A stretch of 32,000 nucleotides of DNA from Synechococcus sp. A15-28 (GTDB lineage: Bacteria > Cyanobacteriota > Cyanobacteriia > PCC-6307 > Cyanobiaceae), in the NCBI RefSeq assembly GCF_014280175.1, contig NZ_CP047931.1, forward strand, positions 2,100,001 through 2,132,000. Reading direction: 5' to 3'. Below, piece after piece: positions 1 through 8,603 of the stretch. The notes under the pieces were generated by a model. That model had not been told where the DNA came from, ran no database searches, and was given only the letters and a program-made list of their open reading frames with translations. How positions within the stretch are numbered: the stretch's first letter is position 1; every line of letters starts with the position of its first letter. The position numbers and the translations under genes are program-made.

Positions 1-45
1 TCCGAGGAAAAGTTGAATCGCCACAGTCCTGTGGGATGAATCCAG

Positions 46-73
46 AAGCCGACCTGAAAAGGCCGGCTTTTTT
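46..73 (+). terminator. Rho-independent terminator of an upstream + strand gene
   Basis: The hairpin arms are aagccgacc and ggccggctt (9-bp stem with one A-C mismatch, loop tgaaaa). The stem runs into a T6 tract at 68-73. An in-frame TGA at 37-39 could be the end of the upstream CDS. Confidence 0.6.
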
Positions 74-94
74 GTGGGTTGCTCTACAAATCAA

Positions 95-122
95 TTGCCA
101 GGAGCTCAGAAATATTTAGAGT
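95..122 (+). promoter_or_regulatory. Possible sigma70-type promoter for the aldo/keto reductase gene
   Basis: TTGCCA (95-100), a 16-nt spacer and TAGAGT (117-122) lie 24 nt upstream of the ATG at 146. This is a motif match only. Confidence 0.25.
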
Positions 123-145
123 ATATATGTACGAATACGACTCAA

Positions 146-1321
146 ATGAAGTATCGCCTTCTCGGTAGGTCAGGACTACGCGTTTCCGAAATGTGCCTCG
201 GGTGTGGCACGCTCGGGACCAATTGGGGAGATTTAGGGGCCAATCAAGAAGAGTCCAATAAGATCCTCGAAGGCTTCGCCAATGCAGGTGGAAACTATCT
301 GGACACCTCAAACCGATATCAAGAATCGCAGTCAGAGCAGTGGGTCGGTGACTTCATTCAAAGAGAAAGAGATTTCTTTGTTGTCGGAACGAAATATTCC
401 CTGGGTGATGGCGCAGCAGATTTCAATGGTGTTGGCAAGCCAACCAATCAAAAAGACCCGAACAACCGCGGTAATCACCGCAAAAACCTGAGGCGATCGG
501 TGGAGGGCAGCTTGAAGCGCCTGAAAACTGATTACATCGACGTCCTTTGGCTTCACATCTGGGATTACACAACCCCATTTGATGAAATCGTCCTGAGTGT
601 CAATGATCTCATCAAAGAAGGCAAAGTCCTCTATGCAGGCTTGTCCAGTGTGCCTGCGTGGCAGGTCTCACGCATGAACACCTATGCCGATTATCACGGT
701 CTGCACCCGTTCATTGCACTACAAAATGAGTGGAGCCTGGTCGAGCGGTCGCACGAACCAGAATACCTGCCCATGTGCAAAGAACTCGACATTGGAATGA
801 CCTGCTGGTCCCCACTTCACGGTGGACTTTTATCGGGTAAATACACCACCGATTCCGTGGATCCCTCAATTCCGAATCGAGTACTACCGCACGTCAAGGA
901 CAGCAGTCAATTCTGGTACGAAGCAACCCAGAGGAACCTGGCCATCCTGAAAGAACTTCAACCCATCGTGGACGAAATTGGAGAGCCATGGACTGCATTT
1001 GCGCTGCGCTGGCTGATGCAACAAAAGGAGACCGTCACGATTCCGATTTTCTCAGTACGCACCGCTAAGCAACTCACTGATGCATTGCGAGCTACAGAAT
1101 TTGAACTCAGTGACGAACAAATGGCAAAAATCAATGCCATCTCATCACCTGCGATCACATCGCCGTACCCGGCCTTTGGCGCTTACCCATACACGATGCT
1201 TGAGTACGGAAGCCCAGCACTCCCCAACTTCTTCTCAAGGGCACTGCTTTATGGAGAGACCGAGGCAATGATTGAAAACCACCGTGTTCCTCATCCCTAT
1301 CAGTTTCAGATGGAGGGCTGA
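146..1321 (+). CDS. Aldo/keto reductase (Tas/YajO-like subfamily), 391 aa
   Basis: The N-terminus MKYRLLGRSGLRVSEMCLGCGTLG is typical of the family. Catalytic tetrad contexts are present: LDTSNRY (Asp, Tyr), VVGTKYS (Lys) and DVLWLHIWD (His). I chose the ATG at 146 because the track ORF starts at a GTG at 74 and adds 24 unconserved residues. Confidence 0.85.
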   Translation: MKYRLLGRSGLRVSEMCLGCGTLGTNWGDLGANQEESNKILEGFANAGGNYLDTSNRYQESQSEQWVGDFIQRERDFFVVGTKYSLGDGAADFNGVGKPTNQKDPNNRGNHRKNLRRSVEGSLKRLKTDYIDVLWLHIWDYTTPFDEIVLSVNDLIKEGKVLYAGLSSVPAWQVSRMNTYADYHGLHPFIALQNEWSLVERSHEPEYLPMCKELDIGMTCWSPLHGGLLSGKYTTDSVDPSIPNRVLPHVKDSSQFWYEATQRNLAILKELQPIVDEIGEPWTAFALRWLMQQKETVTIPIFSVRTAKQLTDALRATEFELSDEQMAKINAISSPAITSPYPAFGAYPYTMLEYGSPALPNFFSRALLYGETEAMIENHRVPHPYQFQMEG

Positions 1322-1415
1322 CCCGCCCAGCTGAATCCAGGACGTTTGTGGCGTTTTTCAGACTTTTTATCCTGCAGAGAAAAAAGCAGTAGAATTCCTC
1401 AAATGCTTATTTTAG

Positions 1416-2303
1416 ATGAAGCGGACTTCAGCAATCATTGCATGTCTTGCGACGTTTGCTTCACCTGCTCTTGCAGGAGAAGAGTCGGAATCCACAAATT
1501 GGCTGCCTGGCTCTCAACCCGCTGAGGCAGTCATTGAGGACTCCGAGTCTGAAATCACACCAGAACAGATTGCTGATCGAATTAAAGAGCTCGAAATTGA
1601 GCTGATCAAATTAAAGAAAGCCGCAGGCGTTTACGGAAAAGGCAAAAAGATTGCTTTGCCCAAAAACGGAATTTACGTACAGGCCGATATCGGGATACAA
1701 CAGCGTGAATGGTCAGGGGAAAATGGCAATACTCAGTTGTTCTTCAACGAGGGCCTCTACGGTGGTCTAGCTGTTGGCTATCGCTACGACCGCAATTTCC
1801 GTTTCGCGTTTGAATACTCTGAAATGAATAATGATGTCAGCGATATGCGAGCAGGTAATGGTGGCCAACTCTTCCGAGATCCTAAAAATAAAGATGTCAT
1901 TCTTCAGGATGGATCGTCTAAAGTTTCCGGTAATGGTGATGTAAAACTGCAAAGCTACACACTAAATGCATATTATGATCTGAATGGGTTTGGTCATGAA
2001 AGAAGGTTTAGGCCTTATCTAGGAGCAGGGATTGGTTTACAAACATCAACTTTGAAGGGTGTTACCCCCTCATTTTTCCCATTTGCCGGGTTAGGTGCCG
2101 AGGCTAATGGAGCCTCCACCGATCCTGTTATGACACTCGAAGCAGGTATCAGCTATCTCGCAACAGATCAAGCTGAGTTCTTTCTAGGTGGTAAATACTC
2201 ATTTGTAGACGGTTTTCTGCTAGAAAACACAGATTTTGGTAATTTGCAGCCTCAAGGAAGCCGTAACTGGATCCTGAAAACCGGTGTTCGCTATACCTTC
2301 TAA
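1416..2303 (+). CDS. Outer-membrane beta-barrel protein (OMP_b-brl / porin-family-like), 295 aa
   Basis: The signal peptide is MKRTSAIIACLATFASPALA|GEE. An acidic stretch and a heptad-like helix (ITPEQIADRIKELEIELIKLKKAAG) follow. Then come alternating amphipathic strands (YVQADIGIQQ, GGLAVGYRYD, FRFAFEYSE, LNAYYDL, RPYLGAGIGLQ). The C-terminus is GVRYTF with a terminal Phe, as in OM barrel proteins. Confidence 0.75.
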   Translation: MKRTSAIIACLATFASPALAGEESESTNWLPGSQPAEAVIEDSESEITPEQIADRIKELEIELIKLKKAAGVYGKGKKIALPKNGIYVQADIGIQQREWSGENGNTQLFFNEGLYGGLAVGYRYDRNFRFAFEYSEMNNDVSDMRAGNGGQLFRDPKNKDVILQDGSSKVSGNGDVKLQSYTLNAYYDLNGFGHERRFRPYLGAGIGLQTSTLKGVTPSFFPFAGLGAEANGASTDPVMTLEAGISYLATDQAEFFLGGKYSFVDGFLLENTDFGNLQPQGSRNWILKTGVRYTF

Positions 2304-2309
2304 TTCATA

Positions 2310-3350
2310 ATGAAATTACTTTCGTCTTTGTCAGATCGGGCCTGGAAACGGTCCCTAATGCTCAGCCTGCTTCTTGCCAGTCCTCTCGCCATTCAACCTG
2401 CTCATGCAGATGAATACTACATGTACGAGGATGAAATTGAATATGCTCTAGCGGAAAGGATCGAAAAAGAACGTCAAGATTTAGCATCTACTCGCGTGAG
2501 TGCCAATCCTGGATCCGATGATCCGACTCCTGCAGGCCAAAAAACAACATTTACAGATCCGCGTTTCTCGGGTGTTTTCAAGCTTGACTTCAAGTCTCAA
2601 TACATCTCATTCGGTGTTGTTTTACAAGATGAAGGTGTGACGATCCAGCCAATGCTGGCATTGCGATACACCTTCTTTGACAAGGTTCTTGACAATTCTG
2701 AAGACAGTTTCATTAATAATGTTACTGGCTTTATCTCATCCTGGAACGATATCAGCACCAATAAAGATCTCTCAAGCCCTACATCACCCTATCGTTACTA
2801 CACGGAAGCTGATTTGGTTACGGGTTTATCAGTCACCTTCCAAGATCGATTCAATCTGACGACCTCTCTCACTGAGCTTCAATCTCCGGCTGGTGCGTTC
2901 GGGCCTGGAGCATTCTTGAAAGCTGTTCTTTCAATGGATGACACGGGAATGGTTGTCGACAACTTTGCCTTGAAACCGCAATTCTTGTTGATCTACGAAA
3001 TTCCATGGGAGTCGCAGATTGGACTGCAGCCTGACGCCTTTCTTTTTGAGCCTGGCATTACACCCACTTATATTTTTGGGTCCGACACGAACTTCCCTGT
3101 CACTTTGGCAGTGCCAATGCGTGTTGGCCTCGGCAACAAGTTTTATGATGGCAATGATTATGGATTTTTCTCAGTGGGTCCAGAGTTTACGGTGCCAATT
3201 TCTGGTCTATCCAGTAAAACCATCAAAACGTATGCAAGCATTGGCTACACATATATCAATTTAGGCCCTACGACCACAGACTTTATTTTGAATGGTGATG
3301 GAAGCTCCAATAAGCATGTTTACAATTTTGGCCTAACGACCACCTTCTGA
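2310..3350 (+). CDS. Secreted putative outer-membrane beta-barrel protein of uncertain family (weak TorF/Gcw_chp-like N-terminal pattern), 346 aa
   Basis: It starts 6 nt after the previous stop, so it is probably co-transcribed. The long signal peptide ends in AIQPAHA|DEYY and is followed by an acidic helical segment (EDEIEYALAERIEKERQDL). SGVFKLDFKSQYISFGVVLQDEGVTIQPMLALRY resembles the SxYxFRGxxQxDxxPAxQ start of TorF-family porins; this comparison is from memory and not searched. The C-terminus is FGLTTTF. Confidence 0.6.
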   Translation: MKLLSSLSDRAWKRSLMLSLLLASPLAIQPAHADEYYMYEDEIEYALAERIEKERQDLASTRVSANPGSDDPTPAGQKTTFTDPRFSGVFKLDFKSQYISFGVVLQDEGVTIQPMLALRYTFFDKVLDNSEDSFINNVTGFISSWNDISTNKDLSSPTSPYRYYTEADLVTGLSVTFQDRFNLTTSLTELQSPAGAFGPGAFLKAVLSMDDTGMVVDNFALKPQFLLIYEIPWESQIGLQPDAFLFEPGITPTYIFGSDTNFPVTLAVPMRVGLGNKFYDGNDYGFFSVGPEFTVPISGLSSKTIKTYASIGYTYINLGPTTTDFILNGDGSSNKHVYNFGLTTTF

Positions 3351-3379
3351 GCTATTTGTTTTAAATAGCCAATAAATAT

Positions 3380-3420
3380 AAGGGAGTGTTTATTAGCAAA
3401 CACACCCTTATTTTGTCTTT
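3380..3420. terminator. Bidirectional intrinsic terminator between convergent genes
   Basis: The hairpin arms are aagggagtgttt and aaacacaccctt (12-bp stem, one mismatch, loop attagc). It is followed by attttgtcttt on the + strand and preceded by aataaatat, which is T-rich on the - strand. A second perfect 7-bp hairpin (gctattt gtttt aaatagc) lies at 3351-3369. Confidence 0.6.
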
Positions 3421-4939
3421 ATAGACTGAACTGTTTCACAGCCGTGCTGGCAGCAGCGAAGATCGCCCCTTGTGGATTACCACTCGTCAGCGAAGGTAAA
3501 ACGGATCCATCTACAACGCTCAATTGCTCTACACCGCGAACACTGAAGTCTGGACGACACACCGCATCCTCCGATGCACCCACAGCACAGGTCCCAACTG
3601 GATGCCAGATGGTTGTTGCGTACTTTTTCAAATAGTCAGCATCAGCAAAATGATCAGCCGGACAGAGTTCCTCGGCGCAATAGGGCTTCATGGCATCTGA
3701 CGATGCAATCTGACGAACAATCTCAAGGCCCTTCTGATAAACCTGTAGATCCGTTGGATCCTCCAGATAAGCAGGATTGATATCGAAGGTCACACCCTCG
3801 TCAGAGCGTACAGGCCGGATGGAGCCACGGCTGCGAGGACGCCCAAGAACGGGGACGAAAATCACCGAATGCTCAAGACCACCCTCGGGCAGAAACTCCT
3901 CGGCCACAAACCCATCGACTCCAGCCGAGAAGTTGATTTGCAAATCAGTTTCTAGACCGGCATTCAAGCCAGAGCGTGTAAACAACGCAGCTTCACAAAG
4001 AAAATCGGTTGCACCCGGATCAGCCTCTGAGCGATAGGCCACCATCACTCGCATATGGTCTGAAAGGTTGCGTCCGACCATTGGACGATCAACTTTGACA
4101 GGAATGCCCGCCGATTCAAGTGAATCCTTGGGACCAACACCTGACTTCATCAACAAGCCTGGGCTTTGCAAGGCCCCGGCGCTGAGGATGACATGTTTTG
4201 TCTCCAGCGTTTCACCGGAGGAAAGTTGAACGCCGAGGCAGCGACCGTTCTCAATCAGTAACGACTGAACATTGCTATTGCAGCGCACAGTTAAATTGGC
4301 TGGAAGAACACCTCTTAAATATGCATTCGCAGTGCTTGAACGTTTGGCTTCAGCATCAATGATCAGCTGCATGTAGTCGCAACGGTCATTCTGCTGAGAA
4401 CCATTGAAGTCGGCACGCTGATAACCCAGTGCCTGACAGGCCTCAAGGAATGAACCCGACGCAGCACTTGGGCGAGGAGGATGATTAATGGACATCCGGC
4501 CATTTTTCCCACGGAGCACATCCTCCCCGTAGTCTCCTAGGCAATGTTCCAGCTCCTTGAACATTGCTTGAAATTGATCAGGAGACCAATTCGAATCACC
4601 ACCAGTTGTTTGATACCACTCCTCGAAATTAAAACGACTCCCACGCACATACATCATGGCATTGATTGCCGTTCCACCTCCAAGGACCTTGCCTTGATTA
4701 ATCAAAACTTCCCGGCCACCCAGGCCGACTTGTGGGGTGGTTTTTAACTGCCAGTCGGCTTCTGTGAACCATGATTGGAACAGATTTGAGATTCCGGACT
4801 CAACAAAGCGAGGCTCCTGACCGTCAGTTCCGGACTCCAAGAGCAAAACCTCACCTTGGCCTGCATCTGCAAGACCACGGGCCAAGATGCAACCAGCTGC
4901 TCCGGCTCCTACAATAATTGTGTCGAATCGCTGACTCAT
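3419..4939 (-). CDS. GMC-family FAD-dependent oxidoreductase (choline/alcohol dehydrogenase-like), 506 aa
   Basis: The N-terminal FAD fingerprint is DTIIVGAGAAGCILARGLA...LLLESG. GMC signatures are present: GKVLGGGTAINAMMY, the active-site region WHPVGTCAVG and SVVDGSVLPSLTSGNPQGAIF. I preferred the ATG at 4939 (MSQRFD) over the track's TTG at 4972. Confidence 0.85.
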   Translation of the reverse strand: MSQRFDTIIVGAGAAGCILARGLADAGQGEVLLLESGTDGQEPRFVESGISNLFQSWFTEADWQLKTTPQVGLGGREVLINQGKVLGGGTAINAMMYVRGSRFNFEEWYQTTGGDSNWSPDQFQAMFKELEHCLGDYGEDVLRGKNGRMSINHPPRPSAASGSFLEACQALGYQRADFNGSQQNDRCDYMQLIIDAEAKRSSTANAYLRGVLPANLTVRCNSNVQSLLIENGRCLGVQLSSGETLETKHVILSAGALQSPGLLMKSGVGPKDSLESAGIPVKVDRPMVGRNLSDHMRVMVAYRSEADPGATDFLCEAALFTRSGLNAGLETDLQINFSAGVDGFVAEEFLPEGGLEHSVIFVPVLGRPRSRGSIRPVRSDEGVTFDINPAYLEDPTDLQVYQKGLEIVRQIASSDAMKPYCAEELCPADHFADADYLKKYATTIWHPVGTCAVGASEDAVCRPDFSVRGVEQLSVVDGSVLPSLTSGNPQGAIFAAASTAVKQFSL

Positions 4940-5039
4940 CGGGAGATAGTTGTATTTCCCTTCAGGTAGCAATGACCCCGGTCTGAGAGAAGTCTTATGT
5001 GAAAAATCGAAAAATTCATTTCGCGCTAGCTGTGCGGAT

Positions 5040-5963
5040 TTAAAGCAGCTGTCGCAACCGTTCGATCGTTTGATCCGCCAATGGCTGGTTCATTAACCGT
5101 TCCACTTCGCGCACGCCGGTGGGGCTGGTGACGTTGATTTCGCTGAGCATGCCGCCGATGACATCGATGCCGACAAAGAACAATCCCTCCGCCCGCAGCG
5201 CCGGGGCCAGGGCGGAACAGATCTGACGTTCCCGCTCGCTCAGTTCCGTCGCCTCGGCCTGGCCACCCACCGCCAGATTGCTGCGGAATTCCCCTGCCGA
5301 CGGGCGACGGTTCACAGCACCGAGAGGTTCACCATCCACCAGCAGGATCCGCTTGTCCCCCTCGGTCACATCGGGCAAAAAGCGCTGGGCCATCACCGGC
5401 AACCGCTCCTGTTCCGTCACCAACTCCAGCAACGCCTTCAGGCCTGGGGCCTCAGCCTGCACGCGAATCACACCGAGCCCGGCCCGACCACCCAGGGGCT
5501 TGAGCACCACGTCACCCTGATCCCGGGCGAAGGCCATCAGCTCGCTGACCCGACCGGCCACCAGGGTGGGGGCCATCCAACGGCTGAAGCGCAGGGCACC
5601 CAGCTTTTCGTTCCAGGCCCGAAGCGCACTGGGACGGTTCAATACACGAACGCCGGCCCGCTCAGCCACTTCCAACAGGTGTGTGGCGTAAAGGTAAGCC
5701 TCATCCACCGGCGGATCCTTCCGCATCCAGATCACGTCGAACCCAGCCAGGGACTGACGTTCCGGTGCTCCTACGGTGATCCAGGGGTCCGGCGTGACCG
5801 GCACCGCCATCGCCAGGGGCTCATCACCTCGGGCAATTAGATCCGACGGCGTACAGGCCCAGATGTCATCCCCGGCGCGCTGGGACGCTTGCATCAAGGC
5901 GGCGGTGGAATCCTTCTCCGGCCGGATCTGCGGCAGCGGATCCAGCACGAACAGCTGGCGCAT
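5040..5963 (-). CDS. gshB: Glutathione synthetase (ATP-grasp)
   Basis: It is collinear with E. coli GshB by eye: [46 protein letters not shown] and EINVTSPTG. Confidence 0.9.
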   Translation of the reverse strand: MRQLFVLDPLPQIRPEKDSTAALMQASQRAGDDIWACTPSDLIARGDEPLAMAVPVTPDPWITVGAPERQSLAGFDVIWMRKDPPVDEAYLYATHLLEVAERAGVRVLNRPSALRAWNEKLGALRFSRWMAPTLVAGRVSELMAFARDQGDVVLKPLGGRAGLGVIRVQAEAPGLKALLELVTEQERLPVMAQRFLPDVTEGDKRILLVDGEPLGAVNRRPSAGEFRSNLAVGGQAEATELSERERQICSALAPALRAEGLFFVGIDVIGGMLSEINVTSPTGVREVERLMNQPLADQTIERLRQLL

Positions 5964-5966
5964 GGC

Positions 5967-6224
5967 TCAGGCGTTCAGCAGGGGATCGAGCTCTCCGGCA
6001 CGCTCAAGGGCGTGAAGGTCATCGCAGCCGCCGATGTGGCGGTCGTCGATAAAGATCTGAGGGACGCTGCGACGTCCGTCACCCCGGGCAGCCATCGCAT
6101 CGCGGCCGGGTTCATCACCGTCAACGGCGTGCTCGTTATAACCCACACCCTTGCGGTCCAGCAGACCCTTGGCGCGCACACAGAAGGGACAGGTGCGCCA
6201 GGTGTAGATCTCGACCTTGGCCAT
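5967..6224 (-). CDS. grxC: Glutaredoxin (Grx3-type)
   Basis: It is 85 aa with the CPFC active site in [19 protein letters not shown], plus TVPQIF-like SVPQIFI and GGCDDL. It ends 3 nt upstream of the gshB start. Confidence 0.9.
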   Translation of the reverse strand: MAKVEIYTWRTCPFCVRAKGLLDRKGVGYNEHAVDGDEPGRDAMAARGDGRRSVPQIFIDDRHIGGCDDLHALERAGELDPLLNA

Positions 6225-6299
6225 GGAGCTGCTCCGTCTGTGCGGATCCTATGCAGCGGCGGCACTGATAGCGTCAACAACTGATCAGAACCGCAGTCC

Positions 6300-7428
6300 T
6301 TGCTGGATCTCACCGACTTCAAGCGCGATCTCTCCGAGCTCACTGACCGCCTGGGCCATGCCCAGGACTGTCTTTGACGTCCCCGCACTGAAGGCCAGAC
6401 AACAGGATCTCGAACAACTCGCTGCCCAGCCTGACTTCTGGGATGACCAGCAGGCTGCCCAGAAGCAGATGCGCCGCCTCGATGAAGTGAAGGCCCAGCT
6501 GCAGCAGCTGGCGGACTGGGGCAGCGCCGTGGACGACGCCAAGGCAACGCTGGAGCTTTACGAGCTCGAGCCGGACGAGGAGATGCTCACGGAAGCCCAG
6601 GAGGGCCTCACACAGCTGCGCCAGGGCCTGGACCGCTGGGAGCTGGAGCGTCTGCTCAGTGGTGACTACGACAAGGAAGGCGCCGTTCTCACCATCAATG
6701 CCGGCGCCGGTGGCACCGATGCCCAGGACTGGGCGCAGATGCTGCTGCGCATGTACACCCGCTGGGCGGAAGACCACGGCATGAAGGTGACCGTGAACGA
6801 ACTCTCGGAAGGAGAGGAAGCCGGAATCAAGAGCGCTTCCATCGAGGTGGAGGGGCGTTATGCCTACGGCTATCTGCGCAACGAAAAGGGCACCCATCGC
6901 CTGGTGCGCATCTCACCCTTCAACGCCAACGACAAACGCCAGACCAGCTTTGCCGGCATCGAGGTGATGCCCAAAATTGATGAGGAGGTCGACATCGAGA
7001 TTCCTGAAAAGGATCTGGAGGTCACCACCAGCCGCTCCGGCGGTGCTGGTGGTCAGAACGTGAACAAGGTGGAGACCGCGGTTCGCATCCTGCACATCCC
7101 CACTGGACTGGCGGTGCGCTGCACCCAGGAACGCTCCCAGCTCCAGAACAAGGAGAAGGCGATGGCGCTGCTCAAGGCCAAGCTGCTGGTGATCGCCCAG
7201 GAGCAGAGAGCCGCCGAAATCGCCGACATCCGAGGCGACATCGTCGAGGCGGCCTGGGGCAACCAGATCCGCAACTACGTCTTCCATCCGTACCAGATGG
7301 TCAAAGACCTGCGCACCAGTGAGGAAACCAATGATGTGCAGGCGGTGATGGATGGGGCCCTCGACCCCTTCATCGACGCCTCGTTGCGCCAGGGTGTCGA
7401 CAGCCCCGGCTCTGACGCCGATTCCTGA
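6300..7428 (+). CDS. prfB: Peptide chain release factor 2, requiring a programmed +1 frameshift (6300..6374 joined to 6376..7428)
   Basis: Frame 0 runs from the TTG at 6300 and reads [25 protein letters not shown], then TGA at 6375-6377. The +1 frame continues [13 protein letters not shown]... and contains the SPF motif (RISPFN) and GGQ ([11 protein letters not shown]). The track's 6217 start is a frame artefact. Confidence 0.9.
6364..6378 (+). promoter_or_regulatory. RF2 autoregulatory +1 recoding site (CUU UGA C) with a weak upstream SD-like AGGA
   Basis: The sequence is aggactgt CTT TGA C. This is the same slippery Leu codon, in-frame UGA and following C as the classical prfB shift site. 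AGGA lies at 6364-6367, 4 nt before the CTT. Confidence 0.85.
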
Positions 7429-7432
7429 CCCC

Positions 7433-7597
7433 ATGGCCACCGAGAGCACCCCACCACCGAGCTTCGTCAAACAGGCGATGCGCAACATGGTGCGCAAGGG
7501 CAGCAAGAGCCTGTTTCACTTCGGCCTGACCGCCATGGGATTCCTCGGCTTCATCACCCTGGTGGCATGGCTGGGGCGGCCGACGCTGCCGGGATAG
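7433..7597 (+). CDS. Small membrane protein, DUF3285-like (54 aa)
   Basis: The sequence is MATESTPPPSFVKQAMRNMVRKGSKSLFHFGLTAMGFLGFITLVAWLGRPTLPG, with one C-terminal TM helix. Its position between prfB and ybeY matches my recollection of picocyanobacterial synteny. The family name is from memory. Confidence 0.6.
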   Translation: MATESTPPPSFVKQAMRNMVRKGSKSLFHFGLTAMGFLGFITLVAWLGRPTLPG

Positions 7598-7599
7598 CC

Positions 7600-8157
7600 A
7601 TGGAGCTTGATCTGGCCCTTGATGCTGACGGCCCCTGGGCCCCTGAAGACCCGACGTCACTGGCGGAGCTTCAGACCTGGCAGACAACCTTGATGGATTG
7701 GATCCAGACGATCGGTGCCGACCCTGCGCTGCCCTGTCCGGCGGTGGTGCGCCAGGCAGATGAACTGTGCCTGGGGCTGCGCTTCACCGACGATGCCACC
7801 ATCACCGCGCTCAACAGCACCTGGCGGCACCGGAACCAAGCCACGGATGTGCTGTCGTTTGCGGCACTGGAGGATGCCCCTGCGTTGCCGGACGTGTCGT
7901 CGGTGGAACTGGGCGACATCGTGATCTCGCTTGATACGGCCCGACGTCAGGCGTCAGAGCAGCAGCACAGCCTCAACCGGGAGCTGCGTTGGCTGGTGAG
8001 CCATGGCCTGTTGCATCTGCTGGGCTGGGATCATCCCGACGAGACCAGCCTCACCGCGATGCTGCAACTGCAGGAGCAGCTTCTCGACGGTGGAGGTAAC
8101 GTTCAGGCCTCGGAGCTGCATCCGGTGGACACCACAGTTGACGGCAATGCCCGCTGA
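7600..8157 (+). CDS. ybeY: rRNA maturation endoribonuclease YbeY
   Basis: The zinc motif HGLLHLLGWDH is present, together with DVLSFA. I chose the ATG at 7600 (MELDLAL). Confidence 0.85.
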   Translation: MELDLALDADGPWAPEDPTSLAELQTWQTTLMDWIQTIGADPALPCPAVVRQADELCLGLRFTDDATITALNSTWRHRNQATDVLSFAALEDAPALPDVSSVELGDIVISLDTARRQASEQQHSLNRELRWLVSHGLLHLLGWDHPDETSLTAMLQLQEQLLDGGGNVQASELHPVDTTVDGNAR

Positions 8158-8593
8158 GATCCCAGTGCCGGTGGAGAACGAACTCAAGGCCGTCAGGTTG
8201 GCGGTACGACGCCGCAGCTGGCAGATCGCTGGAGACTTGCCCGCCAGCTTCCGTTATGCCGCTCAGGGGCTGGGCTACGCCTTCAGCAGCCAGCGCAATT
8301 TCCGCATCCATGTGGTGATCGGCGCGGTTGTCTTCGGACTGGCGGTTGTGCTGCAGCTGGACCTGATCCGCATGGCGGTGCTGGCGCTGACGGTGACGGC
8401 CGTGCTGGTGCTGGAACTGCTCAACACCGCCATCGAGGCGGTGGTGGATCTGGCCATCGGTCGTCGCTATCACCCCCTGGCCCGCATTGCCAAGGACTGT
8501 GCCGCCGCTGCCGTGCTGGTGGCCGCCATCAGCTCTCTGCTGATCGCCCTGTTTCTGCTGCTGCCACCCTTGCTGCTCCGCCTGAATTTCTGA
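8147..8593 (+). CDS. dgkA: Diacylglycerol kinase family protein
   Basis: RNFRIHVV and [12 protein letters not shown] match the DgkA signatures, and three hydrophobic helices are present. The ATG at 8147 overlaps the ybeY 3' end by 11 nt. Confidence 0.8.
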   Translation: MPAEIPVPVENELKAVRLAVRRRSWQIAGDLPASFRYAAQGLGYAFSSQRNFRIHVVIGAVVFGLAVVLQLDLIRMAVLALTVTAVLVLELLNTAIEAVVDLAIGRRYHPLARIAKDCAAAAVLVAAISSLLIALFLLLPPLLLRLNF

Positions 8594-8603
8594 GGTCGCG
8601 CCG

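Larger units (their letters stand above)
1..5039. other. Compositionally foreign (AT-shifted) genomic island; left border lies outside the window
   Basis: I hand-counted GC in individual 60-nt lines. Lines inside 1416-3350 gave about 37-42%. Lines in 146-1321 and 3419-4939 mostly gave about 48-52% (one GMC line about 63%). Lines sampled at 5401 and 20041 gave 62-65%. The switch falls in the 100-bp spacer 4940-5039, just before the gshB stop. No integrase, transposase, tRNA or flanking direct repeat is visible. Confidence 0.7.

Noticed and set aside
1-45. A possible tRNA 3' fragment or att site at the island edge (ggatgaatcc resembles a T-loop).
   Set aside because: No T-arm stem, acceptor stem or CCA context can be folded. 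It is more simply the 3' end of an upstream CDS that ends at the TGA at 37-39.
74-145. The GTG-initiated 24-residue extension of the AKR; similarly the TTG extension of the GMC gene at 4940-4972.
   Set aside because: The family-typical N-termini begin at the internal ATGs (146 and 4939). The extensions are unconserved and start with rarer codons.
1416-1448. A lipobox-like IIAC at residues 7-10 of the first OMP.
   Set aside because: The Cys sits only 10 residues from the start, so the h-region would be too short. A standard signal peptidase I site (ALA|GEE) follows.
6217-6299. The N-terminal extension of the track's prfB ORF ([12 protein letters not shown]...).
   Set aside because: It is the +1 frame upstream of the recoding site. 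The real N-terminus is in frame 0 from the TTG at 6300.
5975-6547. A 190-aa - strand ORF across grxC/prfB, with other - strand ORFs at 6340-6897 and 6913-7506.
   Set aside because: They overlap grxC in another frame or run antisense to prfB. They are Arg/Pro-rich with no motifs.
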